Shown: positions 31,937 to 44,271 of the stretch, in pieces
Layout of the letters: the number at the start of each line of letters is the position of its first letter
How positions within the stretch are numbered: the stretch's first letter is position 1
DNA from: an uncultured Gammaproteobacteria bacterium
Lineage (GTDB): Bacteria; Patescibacteriota; Patescibacteriia; UBA9570; CAZNEH01
Direction of reading: 5' to 3'
Length of the DNA: 64,000 nucleotides
Assembly (NCBI GenBank): GCA_964572175.1
Contig: CAZNEH010000002.1
Span: 1,406 to 65,405, forward strand
Made by a program: the position numbers and the translations under genes
The notes under the pieces: generated by a model
What the model saw: only the letters and a program-made list of their open reading frames with translations
What the model was told of the DNA's origin: nothing
Database searches by the model: none

Positions 31937-33631
31937 ATGAAAAAAGATCAAATCGCCATTTTAGACTTTGGCTCTCAATACACCCACCTCATTTGCCGTC
32001 GCTTGCGTCAACTTGGGGTGCAAGCAAAAATTTACCCGCCTACTATCGATACTAAAACTCTCCAGCGTGCCTGGGGAATTATTTTATCTGGTGGTCCCGC
32101 CAGTGTTAATAACAAGGCTATTCCCTTTAATGCCGCAGTTTTTAAGCAAAAAGTCCCTGTTTTAGGCCTCTGTTATGGTCATCAATTAATTACAGACTAT
32201 TTTGGTGGCAAAGTAGAACACGGCACTAACAAAGAATACGGACAGGCAAAAGTAAGTTTCAAAGAAGATATTTTATTAAAAGGTCTTCAGAAGAGCGAGC
32301 AGGTCTGGATGAGTCATTGGGACGTAGTCACTAAACTTCCGCCTAATTTTAAATCCCTTTCTAAAGACAATTCCGCGATCGTTAACTTAGAAGACAAGAT
32401 TTGGGGTTTACAATTTCATCCTGAAGTTCATCACACTCCAAACGGTCTAAGAATTTTTGCTAATTTTATCAAGATCTGTGGAGCAAAGAAAACCTGGAAC
32501 ATAAAATCTCTAAAAAATAAAATAATTAAAGAAATTCGTGCTACGGCTGGCAAGAAAAAAGTCTTTTTATTAGTTTCCGGAGGAGTAGATTCTACGGTAG
32601 CCTTTGCTTTACTAGAAAAAGCCTTAGGCAAAGACAGAGTTTATGGTTTTCATGTCGACAATGGCTTTATGCGCTTAGATGAAAGTAGTAAAGTAAAAAA
32701 GTTTTTAGCCAAAGCTGGATTTGACGACTTGAAGGTTTATAATGGAGAGCAAAGATTCCTAAAGGCAGTTAAGGGAGCAATAGATCCAGAAGAAAAAAGA
32801 AAAATAATAGGAGAGTTATTTGTCGAAATTGCTAACGAAGAAATGGCTAAGCTAGATATTGATAATTACTTGTTAGGTCAGGGGACTATTTACCCAGACA
32901 CTATCGAGTCTGGAGGCACCGAGCATGCCGACAAAATTAAAACTCATCATAATCGGGTCGACTTGATCCAAGAAATGATTGACCAAGGTAAAATCATCGA
33001 ACCTTTAAAAGATTTATATAAAGACGAAGTTAGAGAACTGGGTAAAGAATTAGGAATTAGTAAAGCCCTGCTAGAGCGTCATCCTTTTCCTGGTCCAGGC
33101 TTAGCAATTAGGGCATTATGTTCAAATGGCAAAGATCCTATTAAGAGCGTGGGAGTTCAAGGAGATGAACGTTCTTATAAAGAACCAGCTATTATTACAA
33201 AACTAGCTAGTTTTAAGCAACTTAACAAAAAATCAATAGCCATCACTAATAACAGTGATAAAGTAAATAGAGTATTATATTTAACTTATCCACAAAAATT
33301 AAGAAAATTAAAAACACATCCCAAGACTTTAACTAAAGATAGACTAGATTTATTGCGTCAAGCAGACGACATTGTAATGAAATTCATTAAGAGAGAAAAG
33401 ATTTCTAAAGAAATATGGCAATTTCCTACTGTTTTGCTACCTTTAGGCCAGAAAGGAGAGTCTTTAGTTCTTCGGCCAATAGAGTCTAAAGAAGCCATGA
33501 CTGTGAATTTCTACTCCATGAAAAAGGCTTTATTAAACAAATTAGTCAAAGAATTAGCTAAATTAAGCGAAATTGACTATATTTTCTACGATATCACCAA
33601 TAAACCTCCCGGCACTATTGAATGGGAGTGA
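31937..33631 (+). CDS. guaA: GMP synthase (glutamine-hydrolysing)
   Basis: LDFGSQY, GLCYGHQ, QFHPEV, SGGVDS, HPFPGPGLAIR, KPPGTIEWE. Confidence 0.97.
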   Translation: MKKDQIAILDFGSQYTHLICRRLRQLGVQAKIYPPTIDTKTLQRAWGIILSGGPASVNNKAIPFNAAVFKQKVPVLGLCYGHQLITDYFGGKVEHGTNKEYGQAKVSFKEDILLKGLQKSEQVWMSHWDVVTKLPPNFKSLSKDNSAIVNLEDKIWGLQFHPEVHHTPNGLRIFANFIKICGAKKTWNIKSLKNKIIKEIRATAGKKKVFLLVSGGVDSTVAFALLEKALGKDRVYGFHVDNGFMRLDESSKVKKFLAKAGFDDLKVYNGEQRFLKAVKGAIDPEEKRKIIGELFVEIANEEMAKLDIDNYLLGQGTIYPDTIESGGTEHADKIKTHHNRVDLIQEMIDQGKIIEPLKDLYKDEVRELGKELGISKALLERHPFPGPGLAIRALCSNGKDPIKSVGVQGDERSYKEPAIITKLASFKQLNKKSIAITNNSDKVNRVLYLTYPQKLRKLKTHPKTLTKDRLDLLRQADDIVMKFIKREKISKEIWQFPTVLLPLGQKGESLVLRPIESKEAMTVNFYSMKKALLNKLVKELAKLSEIDYIFYDITNKPPGTIEWE

Positions 33632-33666
33632 AAAATGTGCTATAATATAAGTATGAAACAAATTAA

Positions 33667-33686
33667 GGACAACCCTAGGGTTGTCC
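33667..33686. repeat. 20-bp perfect palindrome (REP-like) in the leader of surface protein 3
   Basis: GGACAACCCTAGGGTTGTCC. Confidence 0.7.
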
Positions 33687-33698
33687 ATACATATTATT

Positions 33699-36600
33699 AT
33701 GGCTCAAAAAACAAAAAAGAAGGCATTTTACTTATCTAGCGCGGTTATTATTGCAATAATCAGCATTTTTTTATTTAATTACCCCCCTCAATCAGTAAAT
33801 GCAGCCGATGAATCAGTTTCTTGTAATTCTACCACCCTAGATCAAACCGCTTTAGATGCTTTAGCTGGAGATGCTGTTACTTTTACTGACGGTGGAGACG
33901 GTATTTGTATTTTTACTGGAACTTTAGGCGCTGCTTCTGTTACTGTTAACGCTGATGTTACTTTAACTCACAATGCTGAGGATGAAGATGGATTAAGTAT
34001 TACCACTGCAGATTATTTTCTCTTAAATGGAAACATAGACGTTGAGGGAAAAGGTTGTTCTGGCGGAGAAAATGGAAGCACTGATGGTCATGGTCCAGAC
34101 ACATCTACCGGGGTTTGTGCTCAAACTACTAGTGGTTATGGTAAGAGTGGTGATAGTGGAGGGGCACATGCTGGCTCTGGTGGCGAAGGACATTATGGTG
34201 GGGCAGTTCAATTAACAACTTATGGAGACTCCAACAATTCCTCTTTACTCGGATCTGGAGGTGGAGCTACCAGTAATCCAAATACTTATGGTGGAAATGG
34301 CGGCGGATTAATTGCTTTAACAATAGGAGGAACTTTAACTGTAAACGGTAGTATAAATGCTGATGGGCAAGATGGTTATGGAACAGCGAATCGTGGTGGC
34401 GGAGGATCTGGGGGTTCAATTAAAGTGACAACTACTACCTTAGCTGGGTCTGGGGCAATTTCTGTTGATGGAGGTAATGGTAATACAAATTACTCTGGTG
34501 GCGGTGGTGCAGGCAGGGCTGCAATTTATTATAATGATGCTAGCGGCTTTACTTTAACTAATATTACTGCTGCTAAAGGTTTAAAATCTTCTGGAACTAC
34601 TGGTAATGCCGAAGATGGAACCGTTGGTTCAATTTTTATCTTAGATCAAGATTCTGACATCTTAACTACTACTACTGGCTTAGAGCTGCAAGACGGGGAT
34701 GATTACACTAAATCCGAAATTACTTTTTTAGATGGTGCTCAAATCTGGTGTGATAGCTTTGCCACTCTTAATATCGGAGCCACTGGTACCTTAGCAATGG
34801 ATGATAATACCTGGACTTGTGACAGTGTTGATACTATAAATATGTCTGCTGGCACTTGGACCACATCTGGAACCAGTACCATGAGCTTTAATAAAGCAGG
34901 TAGTCAGGTAGATTGGGATATTTCTAATAATCTTACTTTAAATAACCTAACTTATAATGGAGGATATGCCGGAATCACTAGTGCTAGTGGCGGGCTTTTA
35001 ACTTTAGATAACCCCATTGATATTAATTTAGTAAATACAGATATTATTTCTAGTGTAGACTTGGACGCTACTAATCTAACTCTAGATGCTAGCTCATCTG
35101 TTAGCGCCAAAGGAACAGGTTGTGCCGGTGGAATAACTAGCAGTACCAATGGTTATGGACCCAATACCTCCACAGGAATTTGTACTCAAGGAGAAAGTGG
35201 TTATGGTAAAGGAAATGATGGAGGAGGGGCGCATGCTGGTGCTGGCGGTCGAGGAAATTATGGTGACGCTACCCAGTTAACAACCTATGGCAGTGCTGAT
35301 AATCCATCTTTATTTGGTTCAGGTGGAGGATCTAATGCTAATCCAAATAATTATGGCGGATATGGAGGAGGAAAAGTTTTTATTGATGTTACTGATACTT
35401 TGTCTGTAGCTGGAGATATAAATGCTGACGGACAAGATGGTTATGGTTCTGGTAGTCGTAGTGGCGGAGGCTCTGGAGGGGCTTTAAAAATTACTACTGG
35501 AACTTTATCTGGAGCTGGAACAATTTCTGTTGATGGTGGCAATGGTAATACAGATTACTCTGGTGGAGCCGGTGGCGGCCGAGCTTATGTTGGCTATGCT
35601 GTTAATGATTCATTTAATCTTTCTAATATTACTTCCACCAAAGGTTTAAAATCTTCTGGAACTCCTGGTAGTGCAGTTGATGGAGGCGATGGCTCTGTTT
35701 CTACCCTTGCTTACACCGCTCCAACACAACCAACTCTTAGTCCTTCAGACACATCTCGTAACATGGCCCTAACCAGCTCAGCTTATTCTTCAAATGGTGC
35801 TTCTCATACTTCTACTGATTGGTATGTTTGTACTGATGCTGCTTGTGATGCTAGTAGCCTAGTCTGGTACTCTGAAGATGATGCTTCTAACTTAGAAGCA
35901 GTAACTGTAAATACAACTAATGGAACTTTTGCCGGCACCTTGGCTGGTGAAACAAAGCTTGCTCCAGCAACTAGTCATCAAATAAAAGTTCGCCATACCA
36001 ACGCTGCTGGTGATTCTACTTGGAGTAGCTTTACCGGTCAAAGCACTCAAGCTAATAATGTTCCAAGTGCTCCTACTAATGTAGCTCCTGCAGATGCTAC
36101 CACTGACCAATCTAAAACTCCAACCCTAACTTCTTCTATATACTCAGATTCAGACTCAGATGATCATGGAGATTCTACTTGGGAAATATATGAATCTTCA
36201 GATTGTACTGGAGATAAAGCCTGGAGATCATTAGATGACTCTTCTAATTTAGAATCAATTGATACTTCTGCCGCTGGAACCTTTCTTGATGACTATGCTA
36301 CTCCAGGAGAATTAAAAGGGCACACTGAATATTCTTGGAAAGCTAGGCACGACGATGAATATTCTGGTCAATCTTCAGACTCATCTTGTACAAAATTTAC
36401 TACCTTAAACACCACTCCAACTGCCAATGCAGGCGCAGATCAAACCGCTACTGAAGGAGACGACGTAACCCTAAGCGGGTCATCTACAGATTTAGACTGG
36501 AACGACACAGTTACTGAAACTTGGATTGAATCACTTGATTCTTCAGATGCTTGTACTCTTTCTGGAACAACGGCCACTACTTCAGATAAAGAAACATCTT

Positions 36601-37490
36601 ACACTTGCCAATTCCAAGTTACAGCTGACGACGGTCAAGGTACTACAGATACCGACACTATGACTTTAACTGTCACTGCCGATAACGACGCTCCAACTAT
36701 GGGCACTCTGGCAGACGTTGTTGTAGATGAAGAACAAGCTCTTCTTATTGCCATTTCTTCTGCCGACACAGACTCATCTTCTTTAACTCTTTCAGCATCA
36801 ACCTTACCAACTGGCGCAGTCTTTACCGATAACGAAGACACCACTGGAAACATGCAATGGACTCCAACCTCAGATCAATCAGGAGCCTATGCTGTTACCT
36901 TCAGTGTTTCAGACGGCACAACTGCAGTCACTCAAAATATTACCATCACTGTAAACGACACAGTCCAAGACGAAGAGGAAGAAGAACCAGTTAACACTAT
37001 TGAAGACATTGGCTTAGTTTCTGGAACAGAATCAGGTCCTGGTATTGTCACTCTTTACGACAATGACAACGTAGAGCTATGCTCAGTTAGAGCTTGGAAC
37101 GAAGGTGGGTCAGTTCCATTCGCAGTTCGCTTCTTAGACACTACTTATGTGGCAGTTGTAAAAAATAAAGTAGGCACCACTATTCACCTTTACGATCTAA
37201 ATTGTAATATTATCGAGAAAAAAAGATTATCCCCCAAACTACATCCTCGTAACATTGTCACTAGAAACTTCTTAGGTAAAACTACTTCTCAAGAAATAGG
37301 TTTAACCTCACGAAGAGGAAGCACAGTATATGGTAAGATCTTCAGATATAATCCAAACAAAGACAAATGGTACTTACTAAGACAAAAAACATTTAGACCA
37401 GTTCCAACTGGATATAACCTAAAGAAAACCAAAAAAGGAAATATTCTCATCAAGAAAAACAATAAAACTCTCCACAAGTGGGAGATATAG
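33699..37490 (+). CDS. giant Gly-rich secreted/surface protein, paralog 3
   Basis: N-terminus MAQKTKK.AFYLSSAV shared with paralog 1; two Gly-rich G.GGGSGG.I units; FN3/PKD-like domains; shared C-terminus. Confidence 0.88.
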   Translation: MAQKTKKKAFYLSSAVIIAIISIFLFNYPPQSVNAADESVSCNSTTLDQTALDALAGDAVTFTDGGDGICIFTGTLGAASVTVNADVTLTHNAEDEDGLSITTADYFLLNGNIDVEGKGCSGGENGSTDGHGPDTSTGVCAQTTSGYGKSGDSGGAHAGSGGEGHYGGAVQLTTYGDSNNSSLLGSGGGATSNPNTYGGNGGGLIALTIGGTLTVNGSINADGQDGYGTANRGGGGSGGSIKVTTTTLAGSGAISVDGGNGNTNYSGGGGAGRAAIYYNDASGFTLTNITAAKGLKSSGTTGNAEDGTVGSIFILDQDSDILTTTTGLELQDGDDYTKSEITFLDGAQIWCDSFATLNIGATGTLAMDDNTWTCDSVDTINMSAGTWTTSGTSTMSFNKAGSQVDWDISNNLTLNNLTYNGGYAGITSASGGLLTLDNPIDINLVNTDIISSVDLDATNLTLDASSSVSAKGTGCAGGITSSTNGYGPNTSTGICTQGESGYGKGNDGGGAHAGAGGRGNYGDATQLTTYGSADNPSLFGSGGGSNANPNNYGGYGGGKVFIDVTDTLSVAGDINADGQDGYGSGSRSGGGSGGALKITTGTLSGAGTISVDGGNGNTDYSGGAGGGRAYVGYAVNDSFNLSNITSTKGLKSSGTPGSAVDGGDGSVSTLAYTAPTQPTLSPSDTSRNMALTSSAYSSNGASHTSTDWYVCTDAACDASSLVWYSEDDASNLEAVTVNTTNGTFAGTLAGETKLAPATSHQIKVRHTNAAGDSTWSSFTGQSTQANNVPSAPTNVAPADATTDQSKTPTLTSSIYSDSDSDDHGDSTWEIYESSDCTGDKAWRSLDDSSNLESIDTSAAGTFLDDYATPGELKGHTEYSWKARHDDEYSGQSSDSSCTKFTTLNTTPTANAGADQTATEGDDVTLSGSSTDLDWNDTVTETWIESLDSSDACTLSGTTATTSDKETSYTCQFQVTADDGQGTTDTDTMTLTVTADNDAPTMGTLADVVVDEEQALLIAISSADTDSSSLTLSASTLPTGAVFTDNEDTTGNMQWTPTSDQSGAYAVTFSVSDGTTAVTQNITITVNDTVQDEEEEEPVNTIEDIGLVSGTESGPGIVTLYDNDNVELCSVRAWNEGGSVPFAVRFLDTTYVAVVKNKVGTTIHLYDLNCNIIEKKRLSPKLHPRNIVTRNFLGKTTSQEIGLTSRRGSTVYGKIFRYNPNKDKWYLLRQKTFRPVPTGYNLKKTKKGNILIKKNNKTLHKWEI
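36909..37490 (+). repeat. shared 3' module of the giant surface proteins, copy 3
   Basis: Collinear 582-nt near-identical match to 13297-13878. Confidence 0.95.
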
Positions 37491-37500
37491 AATAAAAAGG

Positions 37501-37539
37501 CCCCCTCTCCAGACGTGGAGAGGGGGTTTGGGGGTGAGG
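37501..37539 (+). repeat. BoxC/PIT-like repeat copy 5
   Basis: CCCCCTCTCCA-GACG-TGGAGAGGGGG-TTT-GGGGGTGAGG. Confidence 0.85.
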
Positions 37540-37586
37540 CAAAAATATGCTATAATATTATTGTAAAAATTTACTATTTTTTATTT

Positions 37587-39740
37587 ATGGCTCGAAAAAA
37601 AACAGAAGACAAAAGAAAAAGGAGAAAGCGCGAAGAGGAGGAAGAAGACGATAAATTAATTAGTCCAGAAACTCAAAAAGGCATTGCTATTGTAGTTCTT
37701 TTTGCTGCGGCTTTAATCAGTATTTTATCTATGGCTGGCATGGCTGGAACTGGTGGAGAGTGGCTATCAAAAAGTTTTAAAGCCTTTTTTGGCTGGGGTG
37801 GATTTTTATTTCCCCTAGTTTTATTAATTTTAGGCTATTGTCTAATTTACCCAGATCGATACCGGATAAAAATTACTAACTGGATTGGCTTAGTTTTATT
37901 TTTTCTCAGTGCTTATGGATTCTTAAATATAGTCGGTGATGCTGGCGGATATTTAGGCGTAGTTTTAAGTTATCCTTTACAGCAATTACTAGGTTTTTGG
38001 GGTGCTTTAATTTTGATTATTGCTTTAGTAGTTGTTTCTTTATTATTATTATTTAATCTATCTATTCAAAGATTATTTTCTGGTCGAGATATCGCCTCAG
38101 ATTGGTTTTGGAAAATTAAAATGCTTTGGCTAAAATTATTTTCTAAGAACGACGAAGAGCCCGAGTCTCCTGACGAGGGTGAAGATGAAGAAGATATAGA
38201 ATTCAATGACCGTGAAATTAAAGAAGGAGATGAAGACGAAGATCCAGAACAGTTAGAGCTTATTGAAAAACCAAAAAAACGACCTTCTCGAAAAATTAAA
38301 TTACCAACTAATTTATTAGACAATAAAAAAGACAAGCCTCATGGCGGTAATATTGATTTAAATAAAGAAAAGATTCAGCATACTTTAGATAATTTTGGCA
38401 TTGATGTAGAAATGGGAGACGTTGAAGTTGGCCCAACTGTTACTCAGTACACCCTTAAGCCAGCTGAAGGCATTAAGCTATCTAAAATTATTACCTTAAA
38501 TAACGATCTCTCTTTAGCTTTAGCTGCTCATCCACTTAGAATAGAAGCTCCTATTCCAGGTAAGTCTTTAGTGGGCATTGAAGTTCCAAATAAAACCAAA
38601 GCTGTTATTGGCTTACGAGAGATCTTAGAGTCAAATGATTTTAAATCTTCTGATGCAGACCTAAAACTAGGCATGGGCGTAGATGTAACTGGCACCAGTT
38701 ATTTAGTTGATTTAGCCAAGATGCCTCATATGCTTATTGCTGGAGCCACTGGTTCTGGTAAATCTGTATGCATTAACTCTATTATTGTTAACTTGCTTTA
38801 TCAGTATGGACCAGATGATTTAAAAATAATTTTAGTAGATCCTAAACGTGTAGAATTCTCTCTATACAACGATATTCCTCATTTATTAACCCCAGTTATT
38901 ACCCAAGTAGACAAAACCATTAATGCTTTAAAATGGGTAGTTGCCGAAATGGATCGTCGTTACGAGCTTTTATCTCAAGCTGGAAAACGTGATATTAAAA
39001 GTTACAACAACTCTAATCCAGACCAGAATATGCCTTACTTAGTTCTCGTAATCGATGAATTAGCCGACCTTATGTCTACTGCTGCCCGCGATGTAGAAGC
39101 CGCTATTGTTCGCTTAGCTCAAATGGCTCGCGCCGTGGGTATTCATTTAATCTTAGCTACTCAGCGTCCTTCTGTAGATGTGATCACTGGTTTAATTAAG
39201 GCTAATATTACTTCTAGAGTTGCCTTCAACGTAGCCTCTATTACTGACTCTCGAACAATTTTAGATGGCGCTGGAGCCGAGAAGCTTCTAGGAAAAGGTG
39301 ACATGCTTTATGTTTCTGCCGAGCTTTCCAAGCCTAAACGCTTACAAGGCGCTTTACTGCACGAAAAAGAAATTCAACGCATTGTTAAATATCTTAAAGA
39401 CCAAGCTAAGCCAGAATACGACGAAGAAGTTACTGAAAGACAAGCTTCTCACTCTTCTCATGGCGGAAATTCCGCTGGCACTTCAGACGAGGAAGAAGAT
39501 GAATTACTTAGTGAAGCTAAAGAAGTTATTTTAAATGCTGGTAAAGCCTCAGCTTCTTTATTGCAGCGACGCTTACGCATAGGATATGCTAGAGCTGCTC
39601 GTATCTTAGATATTTTAGAAGAACATGGTTTTATTGGTCCGGCTGACGGAGCTAAACCAAGAGAGCTTTTGGCTCAATCCGAGGGAGTAGAGACAGAGGA
39701 GGGCTTTGAAGAAGATGAAGAAGAACATGACCAAGTTTAA
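37587..39740 (+). CDS. ftsK: DNA translocase FtsK/SpoIIIE
   Basis: N-terminal TMs, GATGSGKS, IDELADLM, ATQRPSVDVITG, gamma domain LQRRLRIGYARAAR. Confidence 0.96.
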   Translation: MARKKTEDKRKRRKREEEEEDDKLISPETQKGIAIVVLFAAALISILSMAGMAGTGGEWLSKSFKAFFGWGGFLFPLVLLILGYCLIYPDRYRIKITNWIGLVLFFLSAYGFLNIVGDAGGYLGVVLSYPLQQLLGFWGALILIIALVVVSLLLLFNLSIQRLFSGRDIASDWFWKIKMLWLKLFSKNDEEPESPDEGEDEEDIEFNDREIKEGDEDEDPEQLELIEKPKKRPSRKIKLPTNLLDNKKDKPHGGNIDLNKEKIQHTLDNFGIDVEMGDVEVGPTVTQYTLKPAEGIKLSKIITLNNDLSLALAAHPLRIEAPIPGKSLVGIEVPNKTKAVIGLREILESNDFKSSDADLKLGMGVDVTGTSYLVDLAKMPHMLIAGATGSGKSVCINSIIVNLLYQYGPDDLKIILVDPKRVEFSLYNDIPHLLTPVITQVDKTINALKWVVAEMDRRYELLSQAGKRDIKSYNNSNPDQNMPYLVLVIDELADLMSTAARDVEAAIVRLAQMARAVGIHLILATQRPSVDVITGLIKANITSRVAFNVASITDSRTILDGAGAEKLLGKGDMLYVSAELSKPKRLQGALLHEKEIQRIVKYLKDQAKPEYDEEVTERQASHSSHGGNSAGTSDEEEDELLSEAKEVILNAGKASASLLQRRLRIGYARAARILDILEEHGFIGPADGAKPRELLAQSEGVETEEGFEEDEEEHDQV

Positions 39741-40392
39741 TCAAAAAAATATCAGCGCCCCTACTTTAGGGGAAAAATTATATCAGGTTCGCCAAGCTCA
39801 AGAGCTATCTCTCGAAGAAATTAGCTCTAAGGTTAAAGTTAAAAAAGAATACTTAGAATATCTAGAAAAAGGTCAGTATGATTTATTGCCCAGCGCTGTT
39901 TTTGTTGAAAATTATTTAAAAGTTTATTCTCAATTTCTACATTTACCATGGGATAAAGTTAAACAAGTTTATCAAGAAGAACAACTTGCTTTTAAACAAT
40001 CTCCAGAGCCCCCTAAACAATCTGCTAAGCATCACGGCCGCCCAGCCTTACTTCTTCCTAAGTTTATAACCCTAGCCTTAGTCTTTATAATTTTACTAGT
40101 TTTCTTTATTTATTTAGGCTTGCAGATTAATAATTTTTTACAACCCCCTTCTTTAGAATTAAGCAGTCCTACAGACAATATCACTATAGATGAGCGTTTT
40201 ATCGAGGTTACTGGTAAAACCGCTCCAGAGGCCCAAATTTTGATAAATAACCAGGAAATAGCTGTCGACAAAGAGGGTCAGTTTAATGAATTAGTGTCTT
40301 TACAGCCAGGATTAAATACCCTGGAAATAACTGCTAAAACCAAACATAGTAGGGAACAGGTTGTTTATAAACAGATCGTTGTGGATAACTAA
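39727..40392 (+). CDS. RodZ-like HTH membrane protein
   Basis: LGEKL...R....LSLEEIS...LEKG.YD.LP..VFV..YLK.YS.FL, then TM helix and Ig-like C-terminus; lies downstream of ftsK. Confidence 0.8.
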   Translation: MTKFNQKNISAPTLGEKLYQVRQAQELSLEEISSKVKVKKEYLEYLEKGQYDLLPSAVFVENYLKVYSQFLHLPWDKVKQVYQEEQLAFKQSPEPPKQSAKHHGRPALLLPKFITLALVFIILLVFFIYLGLQINNFLQPPSLELSSPTDNITIDERFIEVTGKTAPEAQILINNQEIAVDKEGQFNELVSLQPGLNTLEITAKTKHSREQVVYKQIVVDN

Positions 40393-40422
40393 ATTGACGT
40401 TCGGCTTTTGTTCGGTTATGAT
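40380..40422 (+). promoter_or_regulatory. recA promoter with GTTCGG-N5-GTTCGG LexA box and upstream DnaA box
   Basis: TGTGGATAA 40380-40388; TTGACG(40394)-17-TATGAT; direct repeat 40399-40415. Confidence 0.82.
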
Positions 40423-40453
40423 GTACACAGAGTTAGTTCCCTCTTAATAATTA

Positions 40454-40478
40454 GTAAAGACGCGATTAATCGCGTCTC
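40454..40478. repeat. GTAG-type REP palindrome (degenerate) in the recA leader
   Basis: GTAAAGACGCGATTAATCGCGTCTC; full copy at 41513-41540. Confidence 0.8.
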
Positions 40479-40486
40479 AACAAAAA

Positions 40487-41494
40487 ATGAGTAAAACAAA
40501 ACAAGACTCCCGCGGTAAGGCCGCTCAAGAGGCTATCGACCAAATTAAAGAAAAATTTGGCGAAGGTTCTATTATGAAGCTGGGCGAGGCTAAGCAAATG
40601 AAAGTAGAATCAGTTCCTACTGGTTGCCTATCCTTAGACTTAGCCCTAGGAATAGGTGGCGTCCCTCGAGGTAGGATTATTGAAATCTATGGGCCAGAAT
40701 CTTCTGGTAAAACTACCTTGTCTCAACACATTGTCGCCGAGGTTCAAAAACTAGGTGGCACCGCTGCCTTCATAGATGCTGAGCATGCCCTAGATCCAGA
40801 CTACGCAGCTAACATTGGAGTGGACACTAAAAACTTACTTATTTCTCAGCCAGATACTGGGGAACAAGCTTTAGAAATTTTAGAAACTTTAGTTCGTTCT
40901 AACGGGGTAGACGTAATCGTTGTTGATTCCGTGGCTGCTCTTACTCCTAGAGCTGAAATAGAAGGGGACATGGGTGCTTCACACATGGGTCTACAAGCTC
41001 GTTTAATGAGTCAAGCATTAAGAAAATTAGCTGGGATAGTGTCTAAAACAAATACCTCTATCATTTTTATTAATCAGATTAGAATGAAGATTGGAGTCAT
41101 GTTTGGTAATCCGGAAACAACTACTGGTGGAAATGCTTTAAAGTTTTATTCCTCAGTACGTATCGAAGTTCGCAGAGCCGCTCAAATTAAAAAAGGAGAC
41201 CAAATCATTGGTAACCGAACCAAGGCTAAAGTAGTAAAAAATAAAGTTGCTGCTCCTTTTAGAACTACTGAGTTCGACATCATGTATAACGAAGGAATTT
41301 CTATTGCTGGCGACATGCTAGACACAGGCGTCCAATTTGGAGTTATTAATAAATCAGGTAATACCTACACCTATAAAGATAAAAAATTAGGAGTAGGTCG
41401 AGAAAATTCTAAAACTACTTTAAAAGCAGATAAAAAACTATTAGAAGCAGTTCGTAAAGAAGTTATAGAAGTAGTTGAAAAAGCAGAAGAATAG
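40487..41494 (+). CDS. recA: recombinase RecA
   Basis: [34 protein letters not shown]. Confidence 0.99.
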   Translation: MSKTKQDSRGKAAQEAIDQIKEKFGEGSIMKLGEAKQMKVESVPTGCLSLDLALGIGGVPRGRIIEIYGPESSGKTTLSQHIVAEVQKLGGTAAFIDAEHALDPDYAANIGVDTKNLLISQPDTGEQALEILETLVRSNGVDVIVVDSVAALTPRAEIEGDMGASHMGLQARLMSQALRKLAGIVSKTNTSIIFINQIRMKIGVMFGNPETTTGGNALKFYSSVRIEVRRAAQIKKGDQIIGNRTKAKVVKNKVAAPFRTTEFDIMYNEGISIAGDMLDTGVQFGVINKSGNTYTYKDKKLGVGRENSKTTLKADKKLLEAVRKEVIEVVEKAEE

Positions 41495-41507
41495 AATCTT
41501 ACAAAAT

Positions 41508-41547
41508 AAAAAGTAGAGACGCGATTAATCGCGTCTCTACTTTTTTT
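41508..41547. terminator. REP palindrome acting as bidirectional terminator
   Basis: A5-GTAGAGACGCGATTAATCGCGTCTCTAC-T7 between convergent genes. Confidence 0.8.
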
Positions 41548-41561
41548 ATATTACAAGAAAA

Positions 41562-41861
41562 CTAGAAATTTAATTTCTTTGATAAATCATCTAATACTGG
41601 AATTGACCAATATTTTCCGTCCAAAGTATTAATAATGCTAATAATAGCCACTACTACTATGCCTAGTAATAAGATTTGTCCTAAAAATGGGATCCAGCCT
41701 AAAACAATGGCAGTAATAAATAATACCATCCCTTGTTTGGCGTGAGCCTGGCAAAACTTACTATCTTTTTTAGTTAACATAGGAATTAAAAATAAAATTC
41801 CAATATAACTTAGCATCGCTATTACTTTATTGTCATCAATATCTTTTTTTTCAAATTGCAT
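41562..41861 (-). CDS. small membrane protein (DUF4870-like)
   Basis: NKVIAMLSYIGILFLIP....KDSKFCQAHAKQG; SD AAAGGAGGTG before ATG 41861. Confidence 0.75.
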   Translation of the reverse strand: MQFEKKDIDDNKVIAMLSYIGILFLIPMLTKKDSKFCQAHAKQGMVLFITAIVLGWIPFLGQILLLGIVVVAIISIINTLDGKYWSIPVLDDLSKKLNF

Positions 41862-42246
41862 TCTCTCCACCTCCTTTCGATTTTATTAATTTATTATAAA
41901 CTAAATAAAATAAACTTATTACCAAAGCTCCGATAACTGCATCAATAATTGGCTGAGTAATTAAAGAAAAAATATACCAAAATCTAAAATTCATCAATAA
42001 TTCTATAAAAGCAGTAGTAAAACTTAGTAAGAAAGTACTAATTACTCCAATCCAAGCTATGTTGCCAATTTTTTCTTTTGATAAACGATAAACCACAAAA
42101 ATATAAAAGGCTACTTGTACCGTCCAAAATAAAATCCAAGAATAATCTAAAAACAAAGCACAAATTTCAAAGATTAAAACAACTAAAAAAGCCCATTGCA
42201 AAGCTTTTATATATTTTTCTACATTTAAATCTTTCTTTTCTTCCAT
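41851..42246 (-). CDS. hypothetical 4-TM membrane protein
   Basis: Hydrophobic ORF; ATG 42246 follows a TGTTATAAT extended -10. Confidence 0.65.
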   Translation of the reverse strand: MEEKKDLNVEKYIKALQWAFLVVLIFEICALFLDYSWILFWTVQVAFYIFVVYRLSKEKIGNIAWIGVISTFLLSFTTAFIELLMNFRFWYIFSLITQPIIDAVIGALVISLFYLVYNKLIKSKGGGENAI

Positions 42247-42344
42247 AAATATATTATAACATATTTTAAAGAAAATTAAAACGCCCCGCAGGTTAGTGCG
42301 GGGCATATCTGTGAAATCAATTTTAATCAGTGAAATCTGTGATT

Positions 42345-44271
<1,927 letters not shown>

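Noticed and set aside
13677-37477. Three near-identical 62-aa minus-strand ORFs (13677, 29962, 37289)
   Set aside because: Antisense by-products of the repeated 3' module of the surface proteins.
13297-37490. Diversity-generating retroelement TR/VR pair
   Set aside because: Differences between copies look mostly synonymous and not adenine-specific, all copies are coding, and no reverse transcriptase is in the window.
2919-37586. Shared MERG.G N-terminal peptides in the ORF track (2919, 13987, 37515)
   Set aside because: Artefacts of a GTG inside the BoxC/PIT-like repeat; the likely starts are ATG 2943, 14023 and 37587.
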